NCBI GenBank assembly: GCA_030704615.1
Contig: CM060731.1
Span: forward strand, 85,436,001 to 85,500,000
DNA length: 64,000 nucleotides
Direction: 5' to 3'
Source: Takakia lepidozioides
Lineage: Eukaryota > Plantae > Bryophyta
In this document: piece after piece, positions 9,976 through 23,100 of the stretch
Numbering within the stretch: the stretch's first letter is position 1
Layout of the letters: each line of letters starts with the position of its first letter
The notes under the pieces: generated by a model
Told to the model about the DNA's origin: nothing
Databases searched by the model: none
What the model saw: the letters and a program-made list of their open reading frames with translations, nothing else
Made by a program: the position numbers and the translations under genes

Positions 9976-12900
9976 GGAGTCACTTATTGTTCGTGGATGG
10001 GATAATATCCGGAACTAACGTGTCATTGTTGGTGGACACAGGAGCGTCGCACTCCTTCATGACACCGGCAACGGCACAAAACTGGGACTTCCGACAACTG
10101 ACGTAGGGGCCTCTATTGAGGTGCGTTCTGCCAAAGGAGAACCGCACTTGGCGACGAGGTTGGCGTTCGATGTTCCTCTTCAACTGGGGAGTTGGGAGGG
10201 ACGTGAGAACTTCACCGTCTGCGAGATCGATGGAGTGGATCTCATTTTGGGGATGACCTTTTTGAGCAGATCCGGAGCGGTCATAGATGGCCGCAAGAGG
10301 GTAGTCACGCTGCCATGTTGGAATGGTGGCGAGGTCTTACGAGTTTCGGAAACGCCCAAACTCGTGGGAGGGCGAATAAACCTTCTGTCAGCAAGGGAGT
10401 GGGCCGTGGAGGAGGCACACGAGCCCCAGTTCTTGCTCTACATTAGAGAAGTGAAGGGAGAAGGCGATGGAGAGCTGAGCCTAGATTGGATCAAGGGGAT
10501 TTTGGAGAAATACCATGATGTGATGCCGGAGGATTTGCCAAGCGGCTTGCCACCGCGAAGAGGAGTTGACCACAAGATTGAGGTGATACCGGGATCGGAA
10601 CCGCCTGCCAAGGTGCCCTACCGGTTGAGCCACAGGGAGTTGGTCGAGCTGAAAACTCAGCTCAAGGATCTAATGTCAAAGGGGTACATCCGGCCGAGTA
10701 AGTCACCTTACGGAGCCCCGGTGCTATTTGCAGACAAGAAGGATGGGACGCTGCGGATGTGTGTCGATTACAGGGCTCCGAATAAAGTGACTATCAAAAA
10801 CCGGTACCCTTTGCCAATGATCGACGACCTCTTCGATCGGTTGGCAGGAGCGAAGTATTTCAGCCGGATCGACTTGCGCTCCGGCTATCATCAAATTCGG
10901 GTGGCGGAAGGAGATGAGGAGAAGACCGCGTGCAGGACAAGGTATGGTTCATATGAGTTCTTGGTGATGCCTTTTGGGCTCACCAATGCACCAGCGACAG
11001 CACGCTGATGAACAGCCTTTTCTAGGAGTGGTTGGATGACTTTGTGATCGTGTACATCGACGACATCTTGGTGTACTCGAAAACAAAAGAAGAGCACCTG
11101 GAGCACCTGAAAAGGGTGTTCCAAAAATTGCGAGAAGGGAAGTTGTATGCCAAAGCTTCAAAGTGCAAATTCGGGGTCACAAAAGTGGAGTTCCTGGGGC
11201 ATGTGATTACACAGGATGGGATCAAAATGAATGACAGAAAGGTGAGGGCGATCTTGGACTGGGAGCCTCCGACTTCGGTCCCGGGAGTGCGATCCTTCCT
11301 AGGACTCGCCTCCTATTACCGGAAGTATGTGAGAAATTTCGCCAAAATCGCGGGGCCGCTGTCAGACCTTCTGTGTAAATCTAAAGTCTGGGCATGGAAC
11401 ACCTTTTGTGGCCAAGCTTTTGCTGAATTGAAGCAGCGGATGGTGGAAGCTCCAGTCTTGAAAATCCCGGAGTTCGATCGTCCGTTCGCGATACATACAG
11501 ATGCGTCGGACTTCGCGATTGGGGGTGTACTGATGCAAGATGGACGTCCAGTGGCTTACGAAAGTAAGAAACTGAATGAAGTGGAGCGACGGTGGCCGAC
11601 GCACGAGAAAGAGATGAAGGTAGTGGTGCACTGTCTTGAGTTTTGGCGCCACTATGTTGGTTCCAACCCAGTGAAGGTGTTCACGGACAATGTCACGGTG
11701 AAGTATTTTGCCACGCAGCCCAAGTTGTCCCCAAAACAACTTAGGTGGCAAGATACTTTGGCGGTGTTCGACGTGGATATCCAGTACAAACCGGGGCGAG
11801 ACAACGTGGTGGCCGATGCTTTAAGTAGAAAGCATCAGCTCTTGTTGGTGTACAAGGGCGAGACGGCGCTCCAAAGGAAGATCCGGAAGGCTTGCCGGAA
11901 GGATGAGCTGGCGAAGTCCGTGATGCAGGACTTGAGGATGGGGGTTAAATCGCAGTTCCACTTGCAAAATGGACTGCTCCGGTATAAGCAAAAGCGTCTC
12001 TACGTACCGAAGGGAGGGATCAGAGATAGCCTCTTGAGAGAATGCCATGATAGCCCGCTTGTGGGCCACGGCGGAGCCAAGCGCACTGCGGCACTCTTGA
12101 AGAAAGAGTATTTCTGGCCCAAAGTGAGGGAGGAGGTAGAGGAGTATGTCAAGACATGCACCACATGCCAACAAAACCGGAGCGAGTACAAAAAGCAAGC
12201 GGGGCTGTTACAACCCTTGCCGATTCCGGAGGGGACTTGGGAAAGCGTCTCGATGGATTTCATGACTGCTATGCCGCTGTCAAAAGGATTCGATGCAATC
12301 ATGGTGGTGGTGGATAGGTTCAGTAAAATGGGCCATTTCATCCCCACCAAAGAGACGGCAACGGCGCAGGAGACAGGGCGACTTTACTTCGCCCACGTCT
12401 TAAAGCATCATGGAGTCCCGAAGGATATTGTCTCGGACCGCGATCCAAAGTTTACGAGTAAATTTTGGAGGGCACTTTGGAAGAAGATGGGGACGAGGCT
12501 GAAGATGAGCACCGCCTTCCGACCTACGACCGACGGCCAAACAGAAAGAGTGAATTCCGTAGTGAAGCAGATCTTGCGGAATTACGTGTCGGCAGACCAA
12601 ACAGACTGGGTGGAACACTTAGACGCGGCAGAGTTCTGTTATAATAACACAGAACACTCCGCAACGGGAGTTTCCCCTTTCGTATTGGTCTATGGAAAAG
12701 CACCTCTGGTGCCGACAAGTTGGGCCGAACCGGCAGTAGCGGCGGTACTGGAAGAACGCGAGCGTTTGTTGAAGCTCGCAAAGTACAACATTGCCAAAGC
12801 TAGGAAACGGTATGAAAGGCAGGCGAATTGGAAGCGGAGGGAAGTGAAGTTTGAGGCAGGCACAGAGGTCTGGTTGAACATCAAGAATTTCCGACTACCT

Positions 12901-13305
12901 CCGGAAGTGAGTCCGAAGTTCGTACCTCCGTATGCGGGACCCTTTCGCATTCGGAAGGTTATGAATGAGGATGTGTATGAATTGGAGCTGCCGGCAAACA
13001 GCAAGGTGCACCCAGTATTCCATGTCTCCCTTTTGAAGCCTTACTTCAAAGATGAAGCGCGTCCGAATCGGCATCAAGTGTTGCGTCCGCCACCTATGCT
13101 GCTGGATCATGAAAATGAACCTGAGTACGAGGTGGAGGCAATACTTAAGTCGAGGAGGTTCAAGAACCGAGAAACAGAGTATCTCGTCAAATGGAAGGGC
13201 TATCATCATGTGGAGGCATCTTGGGTGCGTGCCTCAGAAATGGGAAACGCATCTGAGGCGGTTGCAGCTTTCGAAGGGCGACCTCAAAAGCGGAAGAAGC
13301 GTTGA
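9975..13305 (+). pseudogene. pol: Pol: protease, RT, RNase H, integrase and chromodomain (frameshifted near 10105 and 11000)
   Basis: [53 protein letters not shown]...YLVKWKGY...SW. Confidence 0.92.
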
Positions 13306-14209
13306 TGGGGACATCAACCTTGGAGCGTGGGGGAGGAAATGCATGCTTAGCCTGATTTAGCTAGCTTAGGAATCTGATTGCGAAAACTTGTATTGTACAA
13401 AACGTGCTATAAATGAAATGGATTCCAAATGTTGTGCGTCCTATTTTGTTTGGAATGGTGATGCATGGTATGGTTGGCTAGTGTGTAGAATGCATGCTAG
13501 CTTATAAAAGTGGGAGAGGTAAATTGGGTTAATCGTGTGTTTGCGTAGTGCCGAAATCAGGTGACCCCCATCCAAGGGGCAAAGAAACTTGCGCCTTCTT
13601 TGGGAGTTCACGTGCTAGTGCGCACCTGGCGCGTGCGCGTACTATAACTGCGCTACCGAGGGGGTTGCCTTGTAGTGCGGACTAACGCGGAAGCTACGTG
13701 CTTCCGTTCACGTACTATAATTGTGTAGCCTCGGGACGAAGTCGTAGTGCGGCTTCGGCGTGTTCCCGTACCTCAGGCCAGCATTCCAAGGCGGACCCAA
13801 TTGTAGTGATTGGGGCACACGGTTGGTTCAAGGTTATCTTCCTAGTCAAAGAGGGTTCTAGGGAACCCTTGCTCAAGGTGATGCCAAAAGCGGCATCATG
13901 AGCGGTCGCAAGCAATGTTGTTGCAGTAAGGCGATTTGATCCTCGGGGAGGATCGTTCCTTGGCCTTGAAGTAGGCTAAGAAGAGTGCACTGGGAGGAGC
14001 TTGAGAGGCTCCACCCTTGGCCGGGACTTGGAGGAAGTCGGCCGAACTAGCTAGTGGAGAGTACAGTCAAGTGTGGGGTTTGGTTCTTTGCCATGGGACG
14101 CCATCGTACGGAAACAAACTCCTTGATGTGGGATGCCACAACTTGGATGTTCGTTTCTACAAAATGGACAAGTCGATGAGGACATCGACTCCCAGTTGGT
14201 AGGGGTGTA

Positions 14210-14937
14210 TGTCGCGGCCTTTGCCTTGAGGGCAGGGGGTCGGGACACATGAGGGGCTGCCCCTGTGGTGGGGGCAGCGGCAGCGATAGGTATGGGGGGG
14301 CTGAAGCACCCTTGAGTGCCCGAGGCACTCAAGGAGGCGGAGGCGCTCACTAGGTGGAGCCCCGCACACCGGGTTGCGGTGGGGGTGGCTCCACAAGGGG
14401 TGGTGGTAGCTTAGCGGGACTTAGTGGGGGTGGCATAGGACTCACCATGGGGGCGGAGACCTCGTGGTGGGAGTCGTGGGGAGTCTTGGGACTCATCACG
14501 GTCCATAGGGGCCGTGGTGAGTGGGCCAAGACTCACTGCAACTCATCACCGGGAGTTGAGGGTTTTCGTGGTGGTTCGCCATAAAATGGCATGGCTGGTT
14601 GTGAAACCCCCGCGGACAGCTATAGAAGTATATATAAGGGGAGTAGTGACCCCGAGAACGGTGCAAGCCCGTTGGTGACCAAAAACTAGTGAGTAAGCGA
14701 GCGAGCCGGAAAGCGACCAAAGAGTGGGGAGCTGTTCCGGACTGCCATCTACCAAAGGGAATTCCACTAGGCCCAAATAGGTGGAGGGTTTAGTGGGGGA
14801 GCGAAGGGGGACCGTTATGTCCCGGTGAGCAGCCGAAGTTCCAAGTTGGCCCGGCGGCCAGGTTAGGAGTCAGGCGCGCGCATCAAAGCGAGTAACTATG
14901 ACTTGAAGGGGAGCGTACCGAAGTGAGGTGTGCGACA
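14210..14937 (+). repeat. 3' LTR of chromovirus (PPT GGTAGGGG immediately upstream)
   Basis: Direct repeat of the 5' LTR. Confidence 0.95.
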
Positions 14938-17900
14938 AGCAGGGTATTCCAGCGGACTCTTCGAATCCCACTCTGTCGCATGGTCTCCCTTCCCATCGTC
15001 AGGCAGGCACTTCCCGGAGATGTGGATAAGCTCAAGTTCACATTTCGAGAAGGGTACCGTCTAGGTTCGCCAGCCTTCTACGTTTCCATTGAGAATGAGG
15101 ACGGCGAATCTCGTGGACCCACTGCGGATGAATTGTCAACATGGGATACCCACTGGCACACTCGCAACGACGAATTCGAGGCAACGCTGAAGGGTGATCC
15201 AGACTTCGGCCATATGTCGGGTAAAATGTTCTTTGTGTGGGACGGGAATCACCGACTTCTTGCCTGGTGGGAGTACATCAAGCAGAACCATGCCAAGCAC
15301 ATTGGCTGGCATTACATGGTGGAGTGTGTCATCCTCAAGGTGAAGGCGGCAGACTCCTCCCTGCTCAAGAATGCCATGGCAGACCTCAACTCCTAAGATA
15401 CTCATACCCTCCCAAGCACGTTCGAAATGTGGTGCCGCATTTCGGTTTCCAATCTGTTTTGTTTCCGTGTTTCCGTGGACTGAACTGGAGAGTGTGCCTT
15501 GCAGGGTCACTAAAAATGCGTACGTGCATACCCACATGGCACATATGCTGTACAGGGTGAGGAAAACTGGTCTCACTGATCCGCACATGTTTGCGGAAAT
15601 GCTGGAGCCCGAGCTCATTCAGAAAGCCGTGGCAAAAACTGACCGGACATGGTATCGTCTCACTATGGATGGAATGTTGGAGGTGATATACGAAGTAAGT
15701 CGTCCTCCCATTTCCCTCTGCTCATCCTTCCCCAATTTTCAGTAATCTTTCCACATGAATCGAATGTAACGCTTCTGCATGTTTTTGTTGGCAGTCAAAC
15801 ATCAAGCTGGATTTGGCCCATGCCAAACGCTTCTTCATGGAAAGTGAGGGGCAGGTCAAAACGTTGCAGTCATTGACTGAGCACTTGAAGGAAGCCGGGG
15901 TCAAGTCCAGAAAAAAATACAAGTCAAAGCTTGTGAAGCTGGTGGCCATTGCAGATCCGGCACTTGGAAAGGACTTCATCCCCGAGATTGCAAAACACTA
16001 TTCTCGGGCCATGCAGCCGACCATGCAGTTGGAGAAACCGCATCACCTATCAACGGCATGTGTTGAGGCAAAAGAGAAGGTGAGGTTTCAATGCACTGAA
16101 GTTCCTTCCTAGCAATAGCCACTCTTCTTCATGCTCCTGACATTGGATCGGAAATGGCAGACACGGTGGCTGTCAATCTGGAATGCATCGGAGAGTATAA
16201 GGACAATGTGGTCTTTTCCACTCGAAGTTTCCGACCCTGCACTGGATGTGTGGCTCAACCGCATGACTTGGTGGTTCCAAGTAAATCAAGGTACTTCCCC
16301 ATATTTGCTTTTCTGAAATGAATTCCCTGAACTGCTACGTGACAATGCATGTGGGAATCGCAGGTAATGACGAATGCGAAGGAGCAAGTCGTAATGCATA
16401 CAAATTTGTTCGGCTTGTACGTCAAATGGGATGGAACTCAGACATTGGCAGACTACGTGACATTTTTCAGATGTGCGTACAAGGACAACCTCTTCGCCAT
16501 GGAGTTGCAGACAGCAAGAAGGAGCCTGGAGTTTACACATCAGGAGGGAGCGGAAAAGCTGCAATGCGAATTGTTTACAGGTGAAGCCCAGCTGTCCTTG
16601 TATGCGAAGCCTAGTTATGAGGTTTGTCTGGGAAATGCGGCACCGCATTTGCATTTTATGTTTTCGGTTGCACTCTGCGAGTACGTTGGTCTCAACTTTT
16701 GCTCACGCATGCTGACTGCCCTGTAGGTATATGAAATACGTGCTTCTTCAGACAGGGGCCCTGGCTCAAGAGCCCCCGTTCTTCATGGCTTGGACCGTGG
16801 CGGGCCCAAGCTGTGTCTACACACCTGAGATGCAGAAACAATGGCATGCCGCGCATCTCGTTGGATGCCCGTGGTACCTGGACATGTCTGGCGGAATTGT
16901 TGACGAGTCTGAGAAAGATCTGCACGCAAAAGCAGAAGAGAAGAGAAAGGAAAGACGTGTCCCTGCTGGGTCAAAGTCGGCAAAGGAAGCTGCTGCTCTG
17001 GAACAATCCAGAAAGGCAGCTGAGATGGCACAGAAGACGGTGGATGCGGCTGTGCAGGCTCAACAGAAGGGGTCGAAGAAGAGGACTCGCCAGCAAGGAG
17101 CAGCAGTTGTGACACCCAAGAAAACAAAGAAGCAGAAACAGATAGTGCAGGAAGAGGGTGACGAAGAGGACTCCGATGGAGACTTTGCAACCAGCCCACC
17201 CCCCGAAACGCAGCCAAAATCCCCTCTGCCCACCGTTGTCACGAGAGGGACGAGAACAGGCTCGGCAAAGAAGACACTCTTCAACCCCCTGGGGGGGCAC
17301 CCTTTCGAGCCGGTGGAAATGAAGAGGCCAAAAATGGATGCCGATACAGTAGTCCAGTGTGTAAATGAGAGTTTCTTGGCAGCTTTGGATGGACGGACAG
17401 CCAAGTTGGCATACATGAAGACCATGGAGGGTCTGAAGGGCATAGCACTGAAGAAGGCGGCTGCCGAAGAGCCTTCCAACACCCCTGGGTTTCTGGAGAT
17501 GGTCTCGTTCTTTGAGAGGGTGTGTACAGACAAGGATTGCAGGAGGGGCGGAAATGCCACCGAGTGGTCTTGCGATATGATCATCTTGGATATTCCGGAC
17601 GGAGAGCCTGTGGAAGGACTGCAAGCTTTGCCATCTTGGAACAGGTACTCTGAGGACTTTTGGAAGAAAGGATTTGGGCTCGCCCGCATGGTGTTGGACG
17701 ACAGAGGCTGTGTGGTTGTCCTGGCGAGCAGAGGCAAAAACACGCAGACAGGAATTGCGAAGTGGACCTGTAAGAGCGCCGTCCCAATTCTGAAGAAGAA
17801 GTGGACGTGCATCACATTGGGCCTTTGGTCGGAAGGGAAGAAGGTAATTACGACATTGGCACTCGTCTTTTCATTTTCTTAGGAGTTTTGAAATGCGGTG

Positions 17901-19209
17901 CCGCATTCGATTTCTAATCGTTCCCCACTGTGTATGCAGACGAAGCAGTTTGATGCATACTGCTTTGTGAAGGAGAACTCCACCTTTGCTTTTCGGAAGG
18001 AGGGATTGTTGGTTGACCCGAACTGCGACCCTATCGATTACGACGTCCTATTCAACAACGTTCCCACGGAACTTCTCCCTCATAGCCTCACTTCAACGGA
18101 ACCCCTGCGGTATTCACGGACTCGGAGCCCTGCCTTCATTCAGACAATTATGGAGACATGCACTGACGTGAAGGGCACAGTGCTCGACCTTATCTGTGGG
18201 ACAGGTATGTAGAATCTTGTTCTATGTTGTTCTGCAAATTCTCGTTATGCTTTAATTCGCAACATCTGAAGGGCCATGTCATAATGTGTGGATGGCATTG
18301 TAACAGGTGCCTCAATGTGGGCTGGGCGGTTTTCCGACCGGCACCTCTTTACCTACGAGGAGGACACATCCGTCTGGGGATCCCATCTGGAAGGGCTGCA
18401 ACGGAATGTGAAGGCTCCCATCGAAGCCAAAGACTCCTCGGATTCGTCGGAGTCGGAGAAAGAGACAGTGGACATTGATGCCGAGGAGAACCCGGAATAC
18501 GAGTGAGTGCAAACATTGTAAGTTTGCAAAGCCTTCTAGGTGATTTTTTGTCAAACGCATTTCTGGACTGTGGTTCTCATTGGTCTCGTTCGTGATTGTT
18601 GTGTGCAGGATTCCAGGATCTGGGTCGAAACATGTAGGGCCTACACTTCCTGCCAGGAAGAATGTCCCGTTCTTTGCGAGGGCCGACTTCATGACGAGCC
18701 CGGTGAAGGACTACTCCCTTCCTAGTTATGCAGCTAAACTCGCAAATACAGCGATTAGACGATGTGAGAATCCCAGTAAAGTAGAGCAGATTTTGGAGAG
18801 GGCTAGGGAGGACAGAAGGATAAGGAAAGAGTTGGCAACAGCTCAGACAGGTAGACGGGTGCGAAAGTTCATATGTGATTCAACGGATGAGAGCGATGTA
18901 GACAGGGAGGACGACGACCCAACGGAGGTGAGACGGTCGGTTCCGCAAGGGGAAGATGGGATTTTTGAAAGCCTGGCCAACGAGCAGTCCGCTGGAGATG
19001 AGAAAGGCAATGACGGGGTGGAGGCGGAGCAGGACAGTCAAGGACAGGACGACGATAGTGATGATTTTCAAGATTAATAGAATATTAATGAACTCTCTGT
19101 ACATTTAAATTCTCTTCCAGAGTATGTAAAGGAAATTCTCCCCGTCCTTCATGTCCCCTCTCCCATGTGCTTCTCAACGACAACATCGTCCAAACCACGT
19201 CCCTCCCAA

Positions 19210-20190
19210 AATCGGAAATGCGGCACCGCATTTCCAAAACCGGGGCAAGAACAATTTTCCGTTTCATGGTTTGGACATCAGAAACTGTTCGGCCGAACGG
19301 AAATGCGGTGCCGCATTTCCGTTTTCGACACGGCAATTTTGCCGATTGCCAGCTCCTTCCATGGAGGTAAATGGATATGCCACCCCGCATGCGGAGGTCG
19401 AACATGGAAATGCGGTGCCGCATTTACATTTTGGAGATGGACGTTTTTCCAACTGCAGACCCAACGACGGAAATACGGCTCCCCATTCCATGATGCTAGA
19501 CGGGAATGCGGCACCGCATTCCATTGTCCAATAAGAAATTTCGATGACGTACATGGAAATGCGGCGCCGCATTTCCAAAACGGACATCGTTGTTTGTCCA
19601 ATTCCAGACCCTTTGACGGAAATGCGGCACCGCATTACATTGTCCAATAAGAACTTTCGATTGCCAAACATGGAAATGCGGCGCCGCATTTCCAAAACAG
19701 ACATCGTTGTTTGTCCAATTCCAGACCCGTTTGAGCATTCCGTCTTGTTGGACGGAAATGCGGCACCGCATTCCATTGTCCAATACGAAATTTTGATGAC
19801 GGACATGGAAATGCGGTGCCGCATTTTCAGAACGGACATCGTTGTTTGTCCAATTCCAGACCCTTCGACGGAAATACGGCACCGCATTCCATTGTGCTCT
19901 CCGGAAATGCGGTGCCGCATTCCATTGTCCGGTACGAAATTTCGATGACGGACATGGAAATGCGGTGCCGCATTTCCAATATGGACATGGACAAGCATTA
20001 GCGATTGGACATGCTTGGACAATTCAAGGTCCAATATGGAAATGCGGTGCCGCATTTCCAATTCGAAGTATGGTAATGCCATGTCAAGAAATGAAATGCG
20101 GTACAACATTTCCGTTACGACCACAACGGAGGAAAGGGAGCTGCCAGAAATCGCTGCATGGAGAAAAATGAAATGCGGTGCCGAATTTCC
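19210..20190. repeat. Second palindrome array (GGAAATGCGGnnCCGCATT) downstream of the ParB-MTase gene
   Basis: Many copies of the same core with different spacers from the upstream array. Confidence 0.85.
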
Positions 20191-23100
20191 GAGCTTCGGC
20201 GTGTACATATTTCCTTTTACTCATAGATGGATTTTCTTCACCTCAGGATTCTGATATCGCTGACTCTGGTATATTCATATGGACAGACACATTGTAGAAA
20301 TGAGACCTCAAATTGTAAACAGTGGGCCAATTACAACAGTTCTTGAACACGATGAAACACAAGCACACAGAAGTGAGGTACCATGGGTTGTTCTATTGAT
20401 CGAACACGGTGTGTCACATTTAGCAACTCCAGACAAATCTAAGCCCTTCCTCCTTCTACATGGGCGTCACCAAGTCGACGGAACTTCGATAGCCCTCAAA
20501 ATAAACATAAGGGACCCTAGCAACCTCAGACTATACCTCTGTTAAGGTATCAACAATGAAAGGACTTAGTGAAATTTAAGGGCCTTTGGAGGATTGCTTG
20601 GAAGATATTTGAGGGCCCTTGGAGGAGTATTTGGAGGATCTTTGGGGTCCTTGGAGGAGTGTTTGGAGGATCTTTGGGGTCCTTGGAGGACCCTTCGAGG
20701 AGCTTTGGTGGACAATGTTGAAGAGCTCTTGAAGGATTGATTGAGGGATATTGAAGGATACTTGCCACGGCCATACAAGCGAGTGGATAGAGACAAGAGG
20801 GAGAGTGGTGGGATGAGAGCATTCTGGGGTTAGGAATTGTTTTAGTTTCTCTTCTCCATAGTCTTTCACCCTCTCTGTAGGCCAAAACCTTTCCGTAGGT
20901 GGAGGCAAGAGTCAGTCCGGGTTTGGGCTGGGGTGTCCTTGCAGGAGCAACACTGTGGAGTGTTTTTGGTGTGGGGGAGTTGCTGTCTTGATTTTCTTGT
21001 GTTTGGATCCCCTCCACACCTGCATGCTTGACTGTGCGCCATATTAGCTTTGTGTGGGCGCTTGTTTTCATAGGAGGTTGGTCCGGATTTGATCACCGGC
21101 CAATCCTAGAGTATGCTGTCGGTGGTGAGGCTGGAGTGATGACCAGCAAGACCACCAGTGTTTCTTCTATGGTGAGGCTGGGTTGATGACCAACAGACCA
21201 TAGGAGTGCTTGCGGTGGATGCAGGTGCAGGTACAGGTCTACGTTAGAAACCTATTATTCCTGCATGAACCAGTAGCCGCAACAGGTTCTTTACCGGTTA
21301 CCTTGTAGAAAGTGGGGATTAGAGACAGGTTGACAACCGGTTGCTGAGGGGAGTGTCGGTACAAGCACCAGCGATACTAGTGGGTACACAAGACAAGGTG
21401 TGCGGTTTAGGCCACTTTCACCTTCAGTGTCTTCTGAGGAAGGTTCAGACTCGGAGTCAGGAGGATTCTCGCCGAGGGTGCAAGTCATCTCCATGCCATT
21501 GTTGTGGGACACGATGGAGGAGATGTATGGAGCTACCAAGGGGCCACGTAGGTACTCTGGAGCTGTGGGCACCATCGAGCTTGATGACTTTATACAAGAG
21601 TTTGACAGTTGGTGTGATTTGCAGCAAATGCGCAATCCACAACTGTTTACGCCCTTTATGGCGTGGAAGGGGCTAGCACCTTGAGGGGCCGCCCATGGAT
21701 GATTACCATGAATTTAGGCGGGGACATGCGGTGGAGATTGAGGAGTGGCGAGAGTATTGGTCACCTAACTATGTCTCAATCACTAGAGGCACAAGGGCAG
21801 CGGTGACACCAGCAGCTACACAAACATCTCCAACTACAAGCACTAGTAGTGGAACAAGTAGTGCCGACACTTCTGCAGGTGGTACCAATTCAAAAGGTGC
21901 TACTACTCCTCCTGCCACAATTACAACACATGTGCCTAGATTCAACCCAGTGGTGGAGTTCTTCCAGGAGTTGCGGAGGAACTACCAAGGTGTACGGACA
22001 GAGAAGCTGCGAAGTTTGCAAGACTTCCAGCGCAAATCCAATGAGAGCTTGCGAGAGGCCTACACTCGTATGAGGCGCTTGATAAGTGTGACCCAAGGGG
22101 TTACTGAAGCTCAGGCAGTCCAGTTCTAGTATGGAATTTTGGACAAGGAGCTCAAGAAAAGGGTGCGGGATGCAACCCTGTTACAAGGTTGCGGCCCAAC
22201 CCATATTAGCGGACGTGTTTCTGCTGGCTGAGCGGATTGAGCTCAACATGGTGGAGGAGCAAGTTGTTACCATTGGATTTGGCAAGGACATGCCTGCACA
22301 AGGTGCAGCTGCCAGCCAACAGGTACAAGGGACTGCCTAACAGCGTGGTCAGGGGGGCAAGGTTTCCCAACCCAAGTTCCATGGAGCTTACAAGGGACCT
22401 CAGGTGCAGAGGCTCGTGGCATCTTTTGCAAGCCAACAGCAACCAGGGGTGATATGTTGGACATGTGGAGGACCCCATGTCAAGAGAGATTGCCCAGAGA
22501 GTGGCAGAAGGCCGGCACAAGCACAGCCTGCACAGTTGCAGTGTGGGCATTGTGGCAAGTATGGGCATGGAGATGCCCAGTGTTATGACTTGCACCTTGA
22601 GTTGCGCCCAGGCCAGTTCCAAGGGAACAATGGTGGCCGGGGGCGAGGTGGACCAGCCCAGAGAGGACGAGGTGGTCGGGCATGAGGTGCAGGCCAAGGG
22701 CAAGCTCAACATGGCCAAGGACGCGGAGGTCAGGGTGTTGACCAAGACAGGGCCAACCGGCTTCAGCAGCTAGAGCAGAGGCTCGTTGCCATGACTACAG
22801 CTCAGGTGGTACCGGCTCCCAGGCGGGATGGTCCACCTCCTGCTCCTGAGGGAGGAGATATGGGAGGCATGGGATTCATGTGCAGAGCAGCACTACCACT
22901 AGTGCAGGTGGAGTCTGCTGCAGCCGTGACTCGAGGAGCAGCACGAGTTCCTGAGCCACGCGGTGCAGAGGTGGAATTGGATCCACAGCGTGGGGAGGCA
23001 AGCCGTCAGACGAGGCTTCCTCAGTCATTCACATTGGCGGAGACAGTGTCGACGCCATCCATGGCACCTAGTTCTCGCCCGACTGTTACCGAGGCGGAGG

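Larger units (their letters stand above)
7987..14937 (+). mobile_element. Full-length Ty3/Gypsy chromovirus LTR retrotransposon
   Basis: TG...CA LTRs about 98% identical by eye; 5-bp TSD AGCAG (7982-7986 and 14938-14942); PBS, PPT, gag, and pol with chromodomain. Confidence 0.97.
7039..19077 (+). pseudogene. Multi-exon ParB/Srx-like plus beta-class amino-DNA-methyltransferase-like gene, copy A1 (interrupted by a Gypsy insertion at 7987-14937)
   Basis: FFVWDGNHRLLAW (~15230-15270), CDMIILDIPDG (~17571-17603), ARMVLDDRGCVVV and RTRSPAFIQTIMETCTDVKGTVLDLICGT|GASMWAGRFSDRHLFTYEED. GT-AG introns (e.g. 16581-16726) are conserved in the other copies. Has an internal stop and a mutated splice donor. 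Confidence 0.75.
1951..20200. mobile_element. MULE-like DNA transposon, subfamily A copy 1 (internally deleted transposase; carries ParB-MTase gene; right end not seen)
   Basis: TIR at 1951, SWIM/transposase remnants, palindrome array and accessory gene are collinear with the copy starting at 54545. Right boundary is approximate. Confidence 0.8.

Noticed and set aside
9930-9990. Programmed -1 frameshift between gag and pol
   Set aside because: The frames are offset, but there is no in-frame X XXY YYZ slippery heptamer and the element has other frameshifts, so it cannot be distinguished from decay.
14940-19077. Bacterial contamination or prophage as the source of the ParB-MTase
   Set aside because: The gene has conserved spliceosomal GT-AG introns and is interleaved with plant TEs.
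20280-20770. Possible 5' LTR of the DNMT-Gypsy (TGTTAAGG at 20540, short direct repeats)
   Set aside because: No similarity to the 3' LTR at 28885-29477; left unassigned.
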